Assembly (NCBI RefSeq): GCF_001194135.2
Contig: NC_069000.1
Span: forward strand, 38,797,333-38,842,226
Direction of reading: 5' to 3'
Source: Octopus bimaculoides
Taxonomy: Eukaryota
DNA length: 44,894 bases
In this document: one piece after another, positions 12,862 to 25,344 of the stretch
Numbering within the stretch: position 1 is the stretch's first letter
Layout of the letters: every line of letters starts with the position of its first letter
The notes under the pieces: generated by a model
Database searches by the model: none
Told to the model about the DNA's origin: nothing
The model's input: only the letters and a program-made list of their open reading frames with translations
Position numbers and translations under genes: made by a program

Positions 12862-13594
12862 TATGGGGGAGGATGAATGGAGGCATAACGTCGCCATCAC
12901 TAGTGATTACTCCAAACACCATAGTGTTGACTGGATATTTTATTTTTATCACTCTCAGTACATGTTTTGGGGACACGAAAACCAACGGTTGTTCTGCGTC
13001 TTCACCATCTGATCCTGGCAGAATTTTTTCTCGTCTGAGAAAAAACAAAACACGTTCTGTAGGAGGAGGTGCTTGTGTTTGTTCGAAAGCTTCGTATTGT
13101 CGTTGATGGTTTCAGATAAGAATTGGGCTTTTATCATCTTGTATGAGGAATACCGAATGTCTTCATGAACTACCTGCCTGATAAGAAACTCAGACACTCC
13201 CATGTTCCTTAGCGACGATCCTGATTTTCTTGGAAGGATCGTTGTTAACCATGACTTGAATCTCAGCTCCAAATTCGGGATTTTCCGAGCTGTCGTATGT
13301 TCGTAATCACAATTAGATTCATCCAGCTCCTCCGTAATCCTTTGCAATATCCTCAGATCGATACCCTAATACTCTGAAATGTTCGTATTTGAGCTATCGG
13401 CGCGAATGCCATGCAGTACAGTATGTCATTTCCATATTTCCGGCAGAGTGAAATGCGTCATTCTACTTTTGTTCTCACAGACGGTGCCCAAATAACCCCA
13501 CCATACTGTGTTATCGACAAAATCAAAAACAAGCAATGCGCATGCACGAAATAAAAAATATATAGATTGGCGACAATTTACTCATCGCACCTTG
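12862..13594 (-). mobile_element. Tc1/mariner transposon remnant, 5' part, frameshifted
   Basis: Translations include RQVVHEDIRYSSYKM, FFSDEKKFCQDQMVKTQNNRW and KYPVNTMVFGVITSDGDVMPPFI (first catalytic Asp region). One terminus reads TA|CAAGGTGCGATGAGTAAATTGTCGCC at 13569-13596. Confidence 0.85.
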
Positions 13595-14063
13595 TATATA
13601 CATAAACATACGCATACACAAATGCGTTACTTACACACAAAAAAAAAACACACTCACACACACACATGCACTATCTGAAACCTCGAGTGGTATTTCTGAA
13701 TCTTAGAGATGAGGAAATGAATTTTGAAATCGATGGAACTTTAACTAAGACTGATAAAGGAAAAATGGATTGAAGTCAACAAGATATTTCGTATGTCCAC
13801 CAGTGTTTTGGTCTTGTCTGTTCATGACACTTTGATATATATATATTTGAAGTGAGGCATTCATTGACAAAAGGAATAAATATAAAAGCAATATTGAATA
13901 GCATTCAAATGATTGGCGTTTCTTATTGCATCTATGTCATGTAGCAACATAACATTTTAAGGTAAGCATATATATANNNNNNNNNNNNNNNNNNNNNNNN
14001 NNNNNNNNNNNNNNNNNNNNNNNNNNNNNNNNNNNNNNNNNNNNNNNNNNNNNNNNNNNNNNN

Positions 14064-14106
<43 letters not shown>

Positions 14107-14499
14107 ACAAATCGGGCAACTTATAAACTCGTCAGAAATTCAATCTACGTGCTGGTTCCGTTTTCTGGTGGAAACCAATAAGTTGTTTTCTTTTACTGTC
14201 ATAAATATTTCAGTCACTCTTCTATCGTTTATTGAAATAAAGGACATTTGTAACTAACTGTCCATCTAGGTAAATATATTCAGATACAAATACAATATAA
14301 ATGTAGGTAAAACATTTATTATTTTAGTAAATATAGGAATAGTGTGAAAATATTCTAAGATGAAAAACAAACGAAAAAAAGATATATATGCATTGAGTTC
14401 TGCTCATTTGTTTACAAGGTAGGTTTTTTTCTATCACGCCTCGTAGCCTATTAGTATTCCTGAATATTTTTTTAATATTATTTAAATGAAAATGAATAT

Positions 14500-15020
14500 G
14501 ATTTTTTGAAAATGTGATTCATAGAATAAAAACTTAAGAAAAGAAAATATGAAGAAAGGAAAAGTAAACGACAATGTTAAAAAAGCCAGTAAGACAAAAA
14601 TGATTGTAAACTGTAAAAAATAGTCTATTTGTGAAAGGAAAAAAAATGCGAAGAAAGTTTAAAAAGGAAATATTTGATGTAATGCGAGAAAGTTTATAAC
14701 CAGAAAGGCAGAAGGAAATCTTGTAACTAGGGTGATAGACAATGAGAAAAAATTGCATTTACAAAGAAAGAAAGGAAAGACTGCAAGAAATAAAGAATAA
14801 ACGAGAATAACGAAGAATTGAGCAAGAAAAACAATACAAAGTAAAAACAAAAAAAATCAAAGTGAAAGAAGAGAGAAATAGAAATAAGCTGAATTTAAAA
14901 TAAAGACAAAATATATGGAAGGAAAGTACAAATGAAAGGAGGAGGGAGATAAGGAAAGAAGTTATATCAAAAAGAAAAGACATAGAAAAGCTGTATAAAG
15001 TGCCAACCAAAAAGAGCAGA
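14500..15020. repeat. Purine-rich low-complexity tract
   Basis: About 500 bp of A/G-rich sequence on +; gives spurious F/L/S-rich minus-strand ORFs. Confidence 0.8.
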
Positions 15021-15053
15021 ATATTAGGTATTTTCTCGTCTGTCAAACTTAAC

Positions 15054-15169
15054 GATTGTTGTAGAAGAATGCGGTTCTGAGTAATTGCAACTGCAATAAC
15101 ATATCTATTATTCTATGGCCCATTGTCAAGACAGAGAACAGTCTCACGTTCTCATATTTGGAAAGTTTC
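15054..15169 (-). CDS. Possible 116-nt exon, phase 2 to 1 (KLSKYENVRLFSVLTMGHRIIDMLLQLQLLRTAFFYNN)
   Basis: Acceptor tgtgtttacttattag|G. Open frame bridges the phases of the flanking candidate exons, but the donor (C|GTTAAG) is weak. An alternative GTGAGA donor gives a 22-nt exon (15148-15169). Confidence 0.25.
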
Positions 15170-15459
15170 CTAATAAGTAAACACATATACATAGAGACAC
15201 AGTCACGCAGAAACACATCAACAAATACGCGAATGCATACACATTGGTGCGTGTAATAGTGTGAATATGTTAGCAAGTCTAGAGTAATACAACATATATG
15301 TATGCATCGTGTTGTGTATATACGTATCTCTAAATAAGCCTTTCGTGTATTTATCTAAAGATGTTTTTACATAGAAAAACACTCGCATACATATTGTAAG
15401 ACATCCATGTACATTCTTATACATACGTTATTTAATTTCATCAGTATCTATTGACTTTG

Positions 15460-15460
<1 letters not shown>

Positions 15461-15518
<58 letters not shown>

Positions 15519-15905
15519 ATATANNNNNNNNNNNNNNNNNNNNNNNNNNNNNNNNNNNNNNNNNNNNNNNNNNNNNNNNNNNNNNNNNNNNNNNNNNNNN
15601 NNNNNNNNNNNNNNNNNNNNNNNNNNNNNNNNNNNNNNNNNNNNNNNNNNNNNNNNNNNNNNNNNNNNNNNNNNNATATATATCTACCTGTCTATCTATC
15701 CATCTATATATATCTACCTGTCTATCTATCTCTCTCTCTATATATATATCTACCTGTCTATCTATCCATCTATATATATCTACCTGTCTATCTATCTATC
15801 GATATATATACCTACCTGTCTACTATCTATATATATATCTGCCTGCCTATCTATCTATCTATATATATCTACCTGTCTATCTATCAATATATATATCTAC
15901 CTGCA

Positions 15906-15970
<65 letters not shown>
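15461..15970. repeat. Compound (TCTA)n/(TA)n/(TCTG)n microsatellite spanning a gap
   Basis: Directly visible, with higher-order tatatatctacctgtctatctatc units. Confidence 0.95.
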
Positions 15971-15972
<2 letters not shown>

Positions 15973-16022
15973 GAATTAATCAGACAGGAGGGAAAATGTA
16001 AGCGTATGCACAACGTGGTTAC

Positions 16023-16074
16023 TGACAATTGTGAATCGTTGATCTATTTAGCCAAGTTGTTTCACTACAGAACG
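16023..16074 (-). CDS. Candidate 52-nt exon, phase 1 to 2 (xFCSETTWLNRSTIHNC)
   Basis: Very strong acceptor ctttcctttttttttctttttccttttag|C and donor CA|GTAACC. The C-x-x-T-x-W pattern recurs in the 33076-33152 exon. Confidence 0.5.
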
Positions 16075-16179
16075 CTAAAAGGAAAAAGAAAAAAAAGGAA
16101 AGAAAATAATATTTGACTGGATTTTACCATTCCTATTCCTTCGCTCCACTTCTTGCTCAGAATTGTATTTGGTGGAGAG

Positions 16180-17140
16180 CACATTTCTAAGGTATGCAAA
16201 ATGATTAAATTGTTCAAATGGTGTTTCTGAAATGACGATGTTAGAGCACTGGGGGCCAGAATTCGTGGCTGGCAGGATGAGTATTTGAGGTCTTTTAGTA
16301 TTTAGGGTGAGCCTAAAATGGTGATACGCATTGGTGAAATTATTAACAGCATGTTGCAGTTCTTAGCATGAATAGCTGGGTGCCACTTTGTAATCAGCAT
16401 ATTGGAGTTCTGAGATACGCTTGGTGTTGGTGAGTTTCTTTGATCGAAACCATGCCAAACGTCATCAAAACGATATCTGATATCCACTCCTGGCTGATCC
16501 TTCGGAGGTTAAAAGATCATTGCAACAAGGAGCGAGTACGTAGGCTTGCTTCAGTCTATATGGAAATGAGAATTCCAAGAGTCGTTCACGATGAACGTTC
16601 ATACCATCGTGAGGGTGGGCTTGGATTGAGGAGACGGGATGATGAGGACATGAAAGACTTAACTTTGAAGACGAGGATTGTAGTCCACCATGTTGTTGCT
16701 ATATCCACGCTCCAATAAGGATGAGAAACTTGGAATTTGTATCGTCGCGACATCAAAACCTTGAACGCTTTCATCAACTGGAACTTCGTTCTGTGTTGAG
16801 CATCAAGCGATTTGATTATAGCTCCAATAACTTCGTGAGGGAAAGAGCGAATAAACAGAGCATTGGATCTTTAATCATAAAGCATCGTCTTCTGTGGTTG
16901 AGTCATGTCACCAGGATGAACTATGCATGTCGTTCGTCTTCCTAGTTAAATCCTTTTCAGCAAACTGGCAATCTGGAAAAGACAAAGAGGAGCCTCTCTT
17001 CCAAAATCAAATCTGAAGAAGACCAGCTTCGAGCTTTTCAGATGACCTTAACAAACCATCCCGACTAACTACAAAACACAAAGGATAATTGCAAGGGTAT
17101 TATCAGTTCAAATATGCTTGAGGCATATTCGAACCCGTAA
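16180..17140 (+). mobile_element. RTE-clade LINE remnant (RT C-terminal region)
   Basis: DLTLKTRIVVHHVVAISTLQ*G*ETWNLYRRDIKTLERFHQ and RANKQSIGSLIIKHRLLWLSHVTRM match the RTE pattern LLYGCETW...RLRWLGHV.RM. Multiple stops and frameshifts. Confidence 0.85.
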
Positions 17141-18560
17141 GAAAACCATTCATTGTGTTTTATTACGGAGAAAATGTCTCGCCTGTAATTTGTTTACGGT
17201 AAAAATTTAAAAGTCGAGAATATAACGGTAATCAGTAGACAAGTAAAATGTATGAATTCATTTGACGTTGCATACGAACGATTCAAAATTTCGCTAATAG
17301 ACTTTCGAAAGCTTTGTAAACATTGTGCCAAAGAACAAACACATCACAATAGCCTGCTTGGAAATGATATTGAATTAAGCAAGAAGTGTGATAAAGTTTA
17401 TCATCTTATTCTATCATCTTATTAATGCGTAAAGAAATATAAAAAAGTGTATACAAGCCTCTTCAGTACATAGCGTTTTGCAGCGGCTTTTAAAATCTTG
17501 TTATAAACACTTGATTACGTCATTCTAAAAGAGTATGATAGATATAATTCAAACAGGGGGGATGGAGAAATAATTTATACTTGAAGTCTTAAACGGATTA
17601 AAAGAACGATTAGACATGTCAGCCCATCATAGACACGATTAGGAATATTTACTTTGAAATTACTTATCATCGTATTGCAAATTAAATTATCAATATGTAC
17701 AGCATACTGCCGAATATTTTATGTACTGGGAAAGGTAATTTTCGTAATTTTTGAAGTACGCAAGCATTGCAATGTCACAATTTCAATAACGCCACCAACG
17801 TGAAACTATCTATCAGATGCTATGCAAAACAAATTCTCCAGTCTTATCTTGTTTCAGCTCATGAGCTGCGGTCATGCTGGGGCAACGCCACTTAGTATAT
17901 ATCATTTTTCATTCTTACCCTTTTTCATATTGTGTATGTATACACACACATACATACACATATAGATATATGTGTGTGTGTGCGTATGTGTTCTTCTATG
18001 AGCACAATCATTACCATTTAGTGATCCCTTAACAACGAGTTACTGACTGCTTCTTTAGAATATATACAGACTAATATGACTTCACATGCCATCAGCCATA
18101 TGACAATACAACACATGTAGATCTCAGCCAATTAGCCAAATTATATATCATGAGCTCATTATTATTCATATGCCGTTGATCGGATTCAATGTAAGGTTGT
18201 ATATTATCATTTGTAATTCATTTTATTATAATGTTGCATATTAATGCAATATTCCATTAATAAGTTGATCCTACGACGTCTTAATAATGATTTAGTAGGT
18301 AAGTGATAAGATTTTCGTTGGTAGTATATCATTAGATTTCATTGATAATAAACATAAATATGCTGAGACATGCACAGCAGGCGTAGCATCGCTTACAGTA
18401 TTTCTAAAATACATCTCATTATATACGTAAATCTACTTGCATTGATGATTAAAATTGGACAAAAATGGGTCTGAATAGCAGCTTAAAGGTTAACAAATCT
18501 TGTATGTGTGCTCTGCGTTCTCTGCTAAATATCTAATGGAAAACCATGTTAGTCTATTGC

Positions 18561-18868
18561 CGTAGTTCTCAACCACTCATTATCTATGGAAACCCATAGC
18601 CATTCGATGTTTAAATACTAATTTTATAGTTATTTCTTTCGAAATCCCTATTTTGTTATCCATACATTCATATGTATAGATTCAAATATGTAAAACGCTA
18701 GAGAAGGGAACCCAGCTGTTTCTTGTAATATAGATATTTAAACCAAAACTTTTCATGGATAATTAAAATACTGCTGTGGATCCTTCATTTACGATTTTGC
18801 TAGTGTTGACCTCCAAATAATCTTATATGGGACACCAAGGTTCATATGGACCACGGTTGAGAACAAAG
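18561..18868. mobile_element. hAT-type MITE
   Basis: Perfect 10-bp inverted repeat GTTCTCAACC (18565-18574) and GGTTGAGAAC (18855-18864), matching the CAGTGGTTCTCAACC-type terminus. About 300 bp, non-coding. Confidence 0.6.
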
Positions 18869-18988
18869 TTCTATAGGAGTTTCATTATAAGGATGATTAT
18901 TATGACCGTAATAATTTCGTTGATATTCCATGTTTTTTATCAATTGTTTCCATATGTAACTCAATAAATGACAAGTTATCTGTTGATA

Positions 18989-19250
18989 GTGGAGGCGCGT
19001 GGCCTAGCGGTTAGGGTGTCAGCACCATGATCGTTAGTTTGTGGTTCCGAATCCTGGACCGGGCGATGCGTTTTGTTCTTGATCAAAACACTTCGTTTCA
19101 CGTTGCTCCAGCCCACTCAGCTGGCAAAAATGAGTAACGCTGCGATGGACTGGAGTCCCGTCCAGCTGGGGAACGTATACGCCATTGAAAGCGGGAAACC
19201 GGGCCCATGAGCCTGGCTAGGCTTTAAAAGGGCGCATTTATTATTTTTTT
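18989..19250 (+). mobile_element. Full-length tRNA-derived SINE with 13-bp target-site duplication
   Basis: A box TGGCCTAGCGG, B-box-like GGTTCCGAATCC, central ttcacgttgctccagcccactcagctggcaaaaatgagt and T-rich tail. TSD ttatctgttgata at 18976-18988 and 19251-19263. Confidence 0.9.
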
Positions 19251-19545
19251 TTATCTGTTGATAACCTAACGCTACTGTAGAAATATAAATAACATAATGA
19301 CAGTGTAAAATTTTAATGTGCGACGTTGATTAATAATTAAAGAGATAACTAATAATTCTAAAAAATCAAACGAAATCAAAACAAGTTTAATGGAATTCAT
19401 TTAGAAAGGAGAAAGCTGTCACGCATCTGACTGACTATCCATCAAATCACAGCCTAGAAAAATATAATTTCTTTGTTAGAGATTGTTGTATCCAATATGG
19501 TGGTACCACGTTATATTAACAGATGGTTTAGATAGAACGCACCAG

Positions 19546-19927
19546 TGTTGTGGTAGTAAACAGGTTAACGATGCCGCCGTAATAACAACGTAACTAACTA
19601 ACAATCACCTCAGGGAACAACAATCTATATTCCAAACGAACTAACCAACCGATACCTTCCGACGTCACTGCGAATTCAACTCGAACTAACACAAACTTCA
19701 TCCCGACCGCTACTATTGATAATCGCTCGGCCCAGTCTAGTTCACGTAAGGGGGCCTCGTGACCCGCACCACAGCAAAGATGTTCAGGTTAATTCTTCCT
19801 ACACAACGAACTACTTCCCAAATCTAGCTACACTATACCTGTTTCTCATTTACACATCCCTACCTCACAAGAAAACGAACCAATTTGCCAAAGGCTACAT
19901 GAGGTCGGACAGACCTCCCGTATAGCA
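19546..19927. mobile_element. Possible solo LTR
   Basis: 382-bp compositionally distinct block (A/C-rich on +) bounded by TGTTG...TAGCA and flanked by cag on both sides. No clean 4-5-bp TSD. Confidence 0.3.
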
Positions 19928-19991
19928 CAGTATGATGTAAGAGAAGAAGCCGAAACTTCGAAGTTACTGCCAATTATTCGCTTGTTAAATA

Positions 19992-20026
<35 letters not shown>

Positions 20027-20277
20027 NNNNNNNNNNNNNNNNNNNNNNNNNNNNNNNNNNNNNNNNNNNNNNNNNNNNNNNNNNNNNNNNNNNNNNNNNN
20101 NNNNNNNNNNNNNNNNNNNNNNNNNNNNNNNNNNNNNNNNNNNNNNNNNNNNNNNNNNNNNNNNNNNNNNNNNNNNNNNNNNNNNNNNNNNNNNNNNNNN
20201 NNNNNNNNNNNNNNNNNNNNNNNNNNNNNNNNNNNNNNNNNNNNNNNNNNNNNNNNNNNNNNNNNNNNNNNNNNNNN

Positions 20278-20316
<39 letters not shown>

Positions 20317-20619
20317 ATATACACATCTATTTCTCTATATGTGGGTATACACACACATGTATAGATATGTATATATATATTCACAATAGGTATATTATGC
20401 TTTTGTACGGGATCCTATAATCATTCGCTTTTACACAAACACATACACACATACACACAAACAAACACACACCTACACAGATATGCATGAATGTATGTGT
20501 GTGTCTGTGTGTGTGTGTGTGTGTTTGGATTGCATAGTTTCTGCTGACGTTCCGGCTAGTACAGTGTTAGATTATAATTCTAATTGCAGATTTCTGCAGT
20601 TCCTTAAGCTACAACATAC

Positions 20620-20718
20620 CGACGCCCAATGTTTTTGCAAATACTTTCTTGAATCAATATTCAGAGACACATTCGTCTCTCTCATCTCCTTCGGTAACGA
20701 TAAAGATAAGAGCTGCTC
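20620..20718 (-). CDS. Candidate 99-nt exon, phase 0 to 0 (EQLLSLSLPKEMRETNVSLNIDSRKYLQKHWAS)
   Basis: Acceptor gtcttgctgcag|G and donor TCG|GTATGT. Unique, stop-poor sequence between microsatellites. A competing plus-strand Cys-rich ORF (20483-20767) overlaps it. Confidence 0.4.
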
Positions 20719-20836
20719 CTGCAGCAAGACTTCTATTGCATATTATTACAGAGAGAGACTGGAATGACATCATATTTCCTTTTAATTTTGAGATGGATGT
20801 GTATACACTTACAAGCATTGTGCACACATAAACAGA

Positions 20837-20890
<54 letters not shown>

Positions 20891-21071
20891 CTGCTCTCTC
20901 TCTATCTGGCTGATTATCTCTCTCTCTGTATATATATATATATATATGTACATATGCTAGACATGCATATGTATATGTATGTAGTTATATGTGTCTCTTA
21001 AACACTTTAATCTTTTAGGGGCCATGACAGATACAGTCCTTTAGGGTATTGTTACTTATATCAGTTCTTAC

Positions 21072-21091
21072 ATCACCGACATTGATGGCGT
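21072..21091 (-). CDS. Candidate 20-nt microexon, phase 1 to 0 (xAINVGD)
   Basis: Acceptor tctttcatctgtcag|A and donor GAT|GTAAGA. Phases match the 28399 exon upstream and the 20718 exon downstream. Confidence 0.4.
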
Positions 21092-21183
21092 CTGACAGAT
21101 GAAAGACACACTTACACTCACATACACACACACACAGACATACACACACACACATACACACACATACACAGGCACACACAACT

Positions 21184-21786
21184 AGCACTCCATCGTTTAC
21201 CACGACGCGTGTTCCAATTGATCCGATTAACGGAACAGCCTGCTCCTTGAAATTAACATGCAAGCGGGTGAGCACTCTACAGACACCGTGTACCCTTAAC
21301 GAAGTTCTCAGGGAGTTCCAGCTTGGAACAGAGTGTGACAAGGCTGGCCCTTTCAAATACAGGTACTACTCATTTCTGCCTGCTGAGTGGACGGACTGGT
21401 GGAACGTGAAATAAAGTGCCTTACTCAAGGGCAACTCGCTTCACCGGGAATTTAACTCACGACCCCACAACCGTGAGCTAAATACCCCAGCCACTCAGTT
21501 ATGCACCTTCGAAATCAATAACGACAGATACACCAAAAATACGTGAAAGTGGTTGAGCACTCCACAGACACGTGTGTCCTTAATGTAGTTCTCAAAGAGA
21601 TTCAGCGTGACAAAGAGTGTGACAAGGTTGGCTCTTTGAAACACAAGTACAGCTCATTTTTGCCAGCTTAGTAGACTGGAGCGACGTCAAATAAAATATC
21701 TTGCTCAAAGATACAAAATACTGCACGGAATTGAACTCATGACCTCATAATCTTGACGCAAATATGATAACCAGTAACCCACGCTC
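21184..21786 (-). mobile_element. Two tandem copies of the same SINE family as 10365 (21184-21508 and 21542-21786)
   Basis: Reverse complements of the 10365 element, both with B-box remnants (ggaatttaactc, ggaattgaactc). Confidence 0.85.
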
Positions 21787-22775
21787 TTTCACTATACGTA
21801 CATATACAAATCTAACAAATGTAGGCGAAATACTGTATCTATTTTGTCGTTTAATTTGTCCATAAAGATACCGACTATTACTCTATCTTTATGGTGCATT
21901 TTCATACATATGTATATACGTGTGTACATGTATGTATATATATTTTTTCATTTCTCTCCAATTGTGTGTGTGTATATCTATATATATGTGTGTGCATGTG
22001 TGTGTATATATTATATATGTATTTATGCATATATAAATGTTTATATATATGTACGTATATATATATTTATATTTATTTATATATATTTATATATATATAT
22101 ATTCATATATTCATATATATANNNNNNNNNNNNNNNNNNNNNNNNNNNNNNNNNNNNNNNNNNNNNNNNNNNNNNNNNNNNNNNNNNNNNNNNNATATAT
22201 ATATATTCATATAAATATATATTATTCAATTATTCATATATATTGATATATATATATATATATATATATACAGAGAGAGAGAGAGAGAGAGAATGAGAGT
22301 GAGATAGAGTTAGATGGATAGAGTTAAATGTAATTGTTTGAAGTATGTTGTTATCTTCAATGGAATAGAATATACAAAATGGAGTAGATGTTTGTTCAAT
22401 AAACACTACGGCATTAAGTGCTTTTCTCCAGTATTGGAATCTGGACGCGTTGTAAAAAAAAAAAAAAAGAATACGGTAAACGTTATTGATGCTTATCCAT
22501 GTGAAGCCTGGCGAAGCAGAAATATAGTCAAAAGCATTTTTGTCATCATTATAGTCTGTGTTTAGGCATACAATCACTACAATATCTAATGCGCCAAAGC
22601 ATTACATAAAAGATTAGGTTACGATTTGAAGATTTGTCCGTTATTCTCTGTTATTTCTAGTAAAGGGGAAAAAACCCAGTGAACATTAGCTTACTGTCCA
22701 TTACAGAGATTTCAATTGCTTTGGTGATAACTATTCATCATCAAATACAAGTTCTTATGTATTTCAATATATATA

Positions 22776-23600
22776 CACTGGGTGTGAGGAAAATGACTTA
22801 GCATTAGAAGGTCTTAGTATCACCGAAGTCATGACGAAAACATGTTTTAAAACAGACAACACTAATGGGGGATTTCTGGTTTTCTTATTGTCGCATTATC
22901 TTATTTCTTATTTATCAGATGGCTGGTCGCCTGATTGTTCAGGAGCGAGCTAAGATAACAGCATGCTGTGAAATGTGGAACTCCATTGTTTTGGTTAAGA
23001 GATGCAGGCGTGCATGGAAATGTAAGCATGCAGCACTACGTCCGGAGACAATAAAAAGTTGTCATGCAAAGCTGATGGCCATGTGCTCTGTGAAGGATGG
23101 AAAAAGAAGTGGCCATCCAGCCACATCCCGGTCCACGGAGAATGTGGCATCAATGCAGGAAATGTCTAATTGCGGCCCGCAAAAGACAACAGGTCAACCA
23201 CTCGTGAAAGTGGACTAACAAGACAAACAATACGTACGGTGTTGCATAAAGAATCGAATTTCCATCCGTGGAAAATCCAATAACGTGCAGAAGCTAAAAC
23301 TTGAAGAAGGTGACCACAGAAATCTAGGAGTTCAAAACACCCAGCCAGAATTCAGGATCTCACTCCATGTGATATTTACCTGTGGGGTTACACAAAAAAA
23401 GGAGGTGTGCAAGACAAAACCTCGCACACTGGAGGACTTGGAGACATGGATTCAGGAGGTTGGTAACGATACCCCAAACGACGTCCCTGGCCGTTTGAGG
23501 AAACCGGTTCGCGCCACTGGCGCTTACGTTGGAATATGAAAATATACTTTCATTTTCCCATGTAAAAATAGTATATGTATCATTAGTTTCAATAAATTTG
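22776..23600 (+). mobile_element. Tc1/mariner-family transposon remnant with internal deletion
   Basis: Left end TA|CACTGGGTGT. N-terminal HTH region with KRSGHP (RSGRP motif) and C-terminal KTKPRTLEDLETWIQEV...GRLRK...TGAYV. Most of the catalytic domain is missing and the right TIR is not seen before the gap. Confidence 0.8.
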
Positions 23601-23633
23601 TAAAAGAAATATGCATTTTATTACCATTTTATA

Positions 23634-23680
<47 letters not shown>

Positions 23681-24655
23681 NNNNNNNNNNNNNNNNNNNN
23701 NNNNNNNNNNNNNNNNNNNNNNNNNNNNNNNNNNNNNNNNNNNNNNNNNNNNNNNNNNNNNNNNNNNNNNNNNNNNNNNNNNNNNNNNNNNNNNNNNNNN
23801 NNNNNNNNNNNNNNNNNNNNNNNNNNNNNNNNNNNNNNNNNNNNNNNNNNNNNNNNNNNNNNNNNNNNNNNNNNNNNNNNNNNNNNNNNNNNNNNNNNNN
23901 NNNNNNNNNNNNNNNNNNNNNNNNNNNNNNNNNNNNNNNNNNNNNNNNNNNNNNNNNNNNNNNNNNNNNNNNNNNNNNNNNNNNNNNNNNNNNNNNNNNN
24001 NNNNNNNNNNNNNNNNNNNNNNNNNNNNNNNNNNNNNNNNNNNNNNNNNNNNNNNNNNNNNNNNNNNNNNNNNNNNNNNNNNNNNNNNNNNNNNNNNNNN
24101 NNNNNNNNNNNNNNNNNNNNNNNNNNNNNNNNNNNNNNNNNNNNNNNNNNNNNNNNNNNNNNNNNNNNNNNNNNNNNNNNNNNNNNNNNNNNNNNNNNNN
24201 NNNNNNNNNNNNNNNNNNNNNNNNNNNNNNNNNNNNNNNNNNNNNNNNNNNNNNNNNNNNNNNNNNNNNNNNNNNNNNNNNNNNNNNNNNNNNNNNNNNN
24301 NNNNNNNNNNNNNNNNNNNNNNNNNNNNNNNNNNNNNNNNNNNNNNNNNNNNNNNNNNNNNNNNNNNNNNNNNNNNNNNNNNNNNNNNNNNNNNNNNNNN
24401 NNNNNNNNNNNNNNNNNNNNNNNNNNNNNNNNNNNNNNNNNNNNNNNNNNNNNNNNNNNNNNNNNNNNNNNNNNNNNNNNNNNNNNNNNNNNNNNNNNNN
24501 NNNNNNNNNNNNNNNNNNNNNNNNNNNNNNNNNNNNNNNNNNNNNNNNNNNNNNNNNNNNNNNNNNNNNNNNNNNNNNNNNNNNNNNNNNNNNNNNNNNN
24601 NNNNNNNNNNNNNNNNATACACTGACAGGGGAGTTAACCGTCCCATGACCATCTT

Positions 24656-24923
24656 TAGAATCTCTAGACTAGACTAGATTCGCCTATTTCATAGGCATCA
24701 TCAATAGTGACTATTCCATCGGTCGATGGTTTAGCTAAATCTATCTGCCAGGATATATTAATTTTTAATATACGCATTAACATTTCATTAAATCAGCCAT
24801 AAATTTTTATGATAAAACATGTATTGTAGTAGATGGATTCAGCCAAGTCATGAACGGTGTCAGTGTAGTCACTACTGATGATGACGATGGAATAGGCGAA
24901 ACTAATCTAGACTAGTGATTCTA
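24656..24923. mobile_element. About 270-bp fold-back element with two degenerate type I hammerhead motifs
   Basis: Arms of about 85-90 bp around an AT-rich spacer. Right arm (+, 24867-24920): AGTCACTA-CTGATGA-T-GACGATGGAATAGGC-GAAA-CTAatcTAG-AC-TAGTGATT. Left arm (-, 24712-24659): AGTCACTA-TTGATGA-T-GCCTATgaaATAGGC-GAAT-CTAgtcTAG-TC-TAGAGATT. Confidence 0.8.
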
Positions 24924-24961
24924 TAAAAGCTTCTTGGGGCGGTTACATTCCTTGTCAGTTC

Positions 24962-25015
<54 letters not shown>

Positions 25016-25075
25016 NNNNNNNNNNACACAGACACACACAGACACATACACACATTTATATATATATACACTTTA

Positions 25076-25177
25076 TTTAAAAGCAGCAGAAATATTACAA
25101 AAGCTGTTACAGTTTTGTTAAAAACTGTACGACGGACGGGAACGTGAAACTTTTGTTATATTTCTACTACTTTTAAA
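25076..25177. repeat. Small nested fold-back (hairpin) element
   Basis: Outer arms 25076-25103 and 25150-25177 (25 of 28 match). Inner perfect 9-bp hairpin tacagtttt-gtta-aaaactgta. No ribozyme core. Confidence 0.65.
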
Positions 25178-25344
25178 GAAGCATATTACTTTACCTCTAG
25201 TATTTGAGTAGTCTTTTTTCCCATTTTGTTAAATATATGTTGGACTTCTTCAGTTTCCGTTTACTTGTATATCTGCAAATTAGTTGAGATAATATTTCTC
25301 CGATTCAGAAAGAATCTCTGAAAGAACTATGAATTAAAATAAGC

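Noticed and set aside
22230-22577. Minus-strand ORF with several acceptors (DYNDDKNAFDYISASPGFTW...)
   Set aside because: Donors are weak, the frame crosses a poly-T run and a microsatellite, and it is not needed for phase continuity.
24618-24652. CTGACA-GGGGA-gttaaccg-TCCC hairpin just left of the 24656 element
   Set aside because: Incomplete core and no GAAA. It partly resembles the inner arm sequence but is truncated by the gap.
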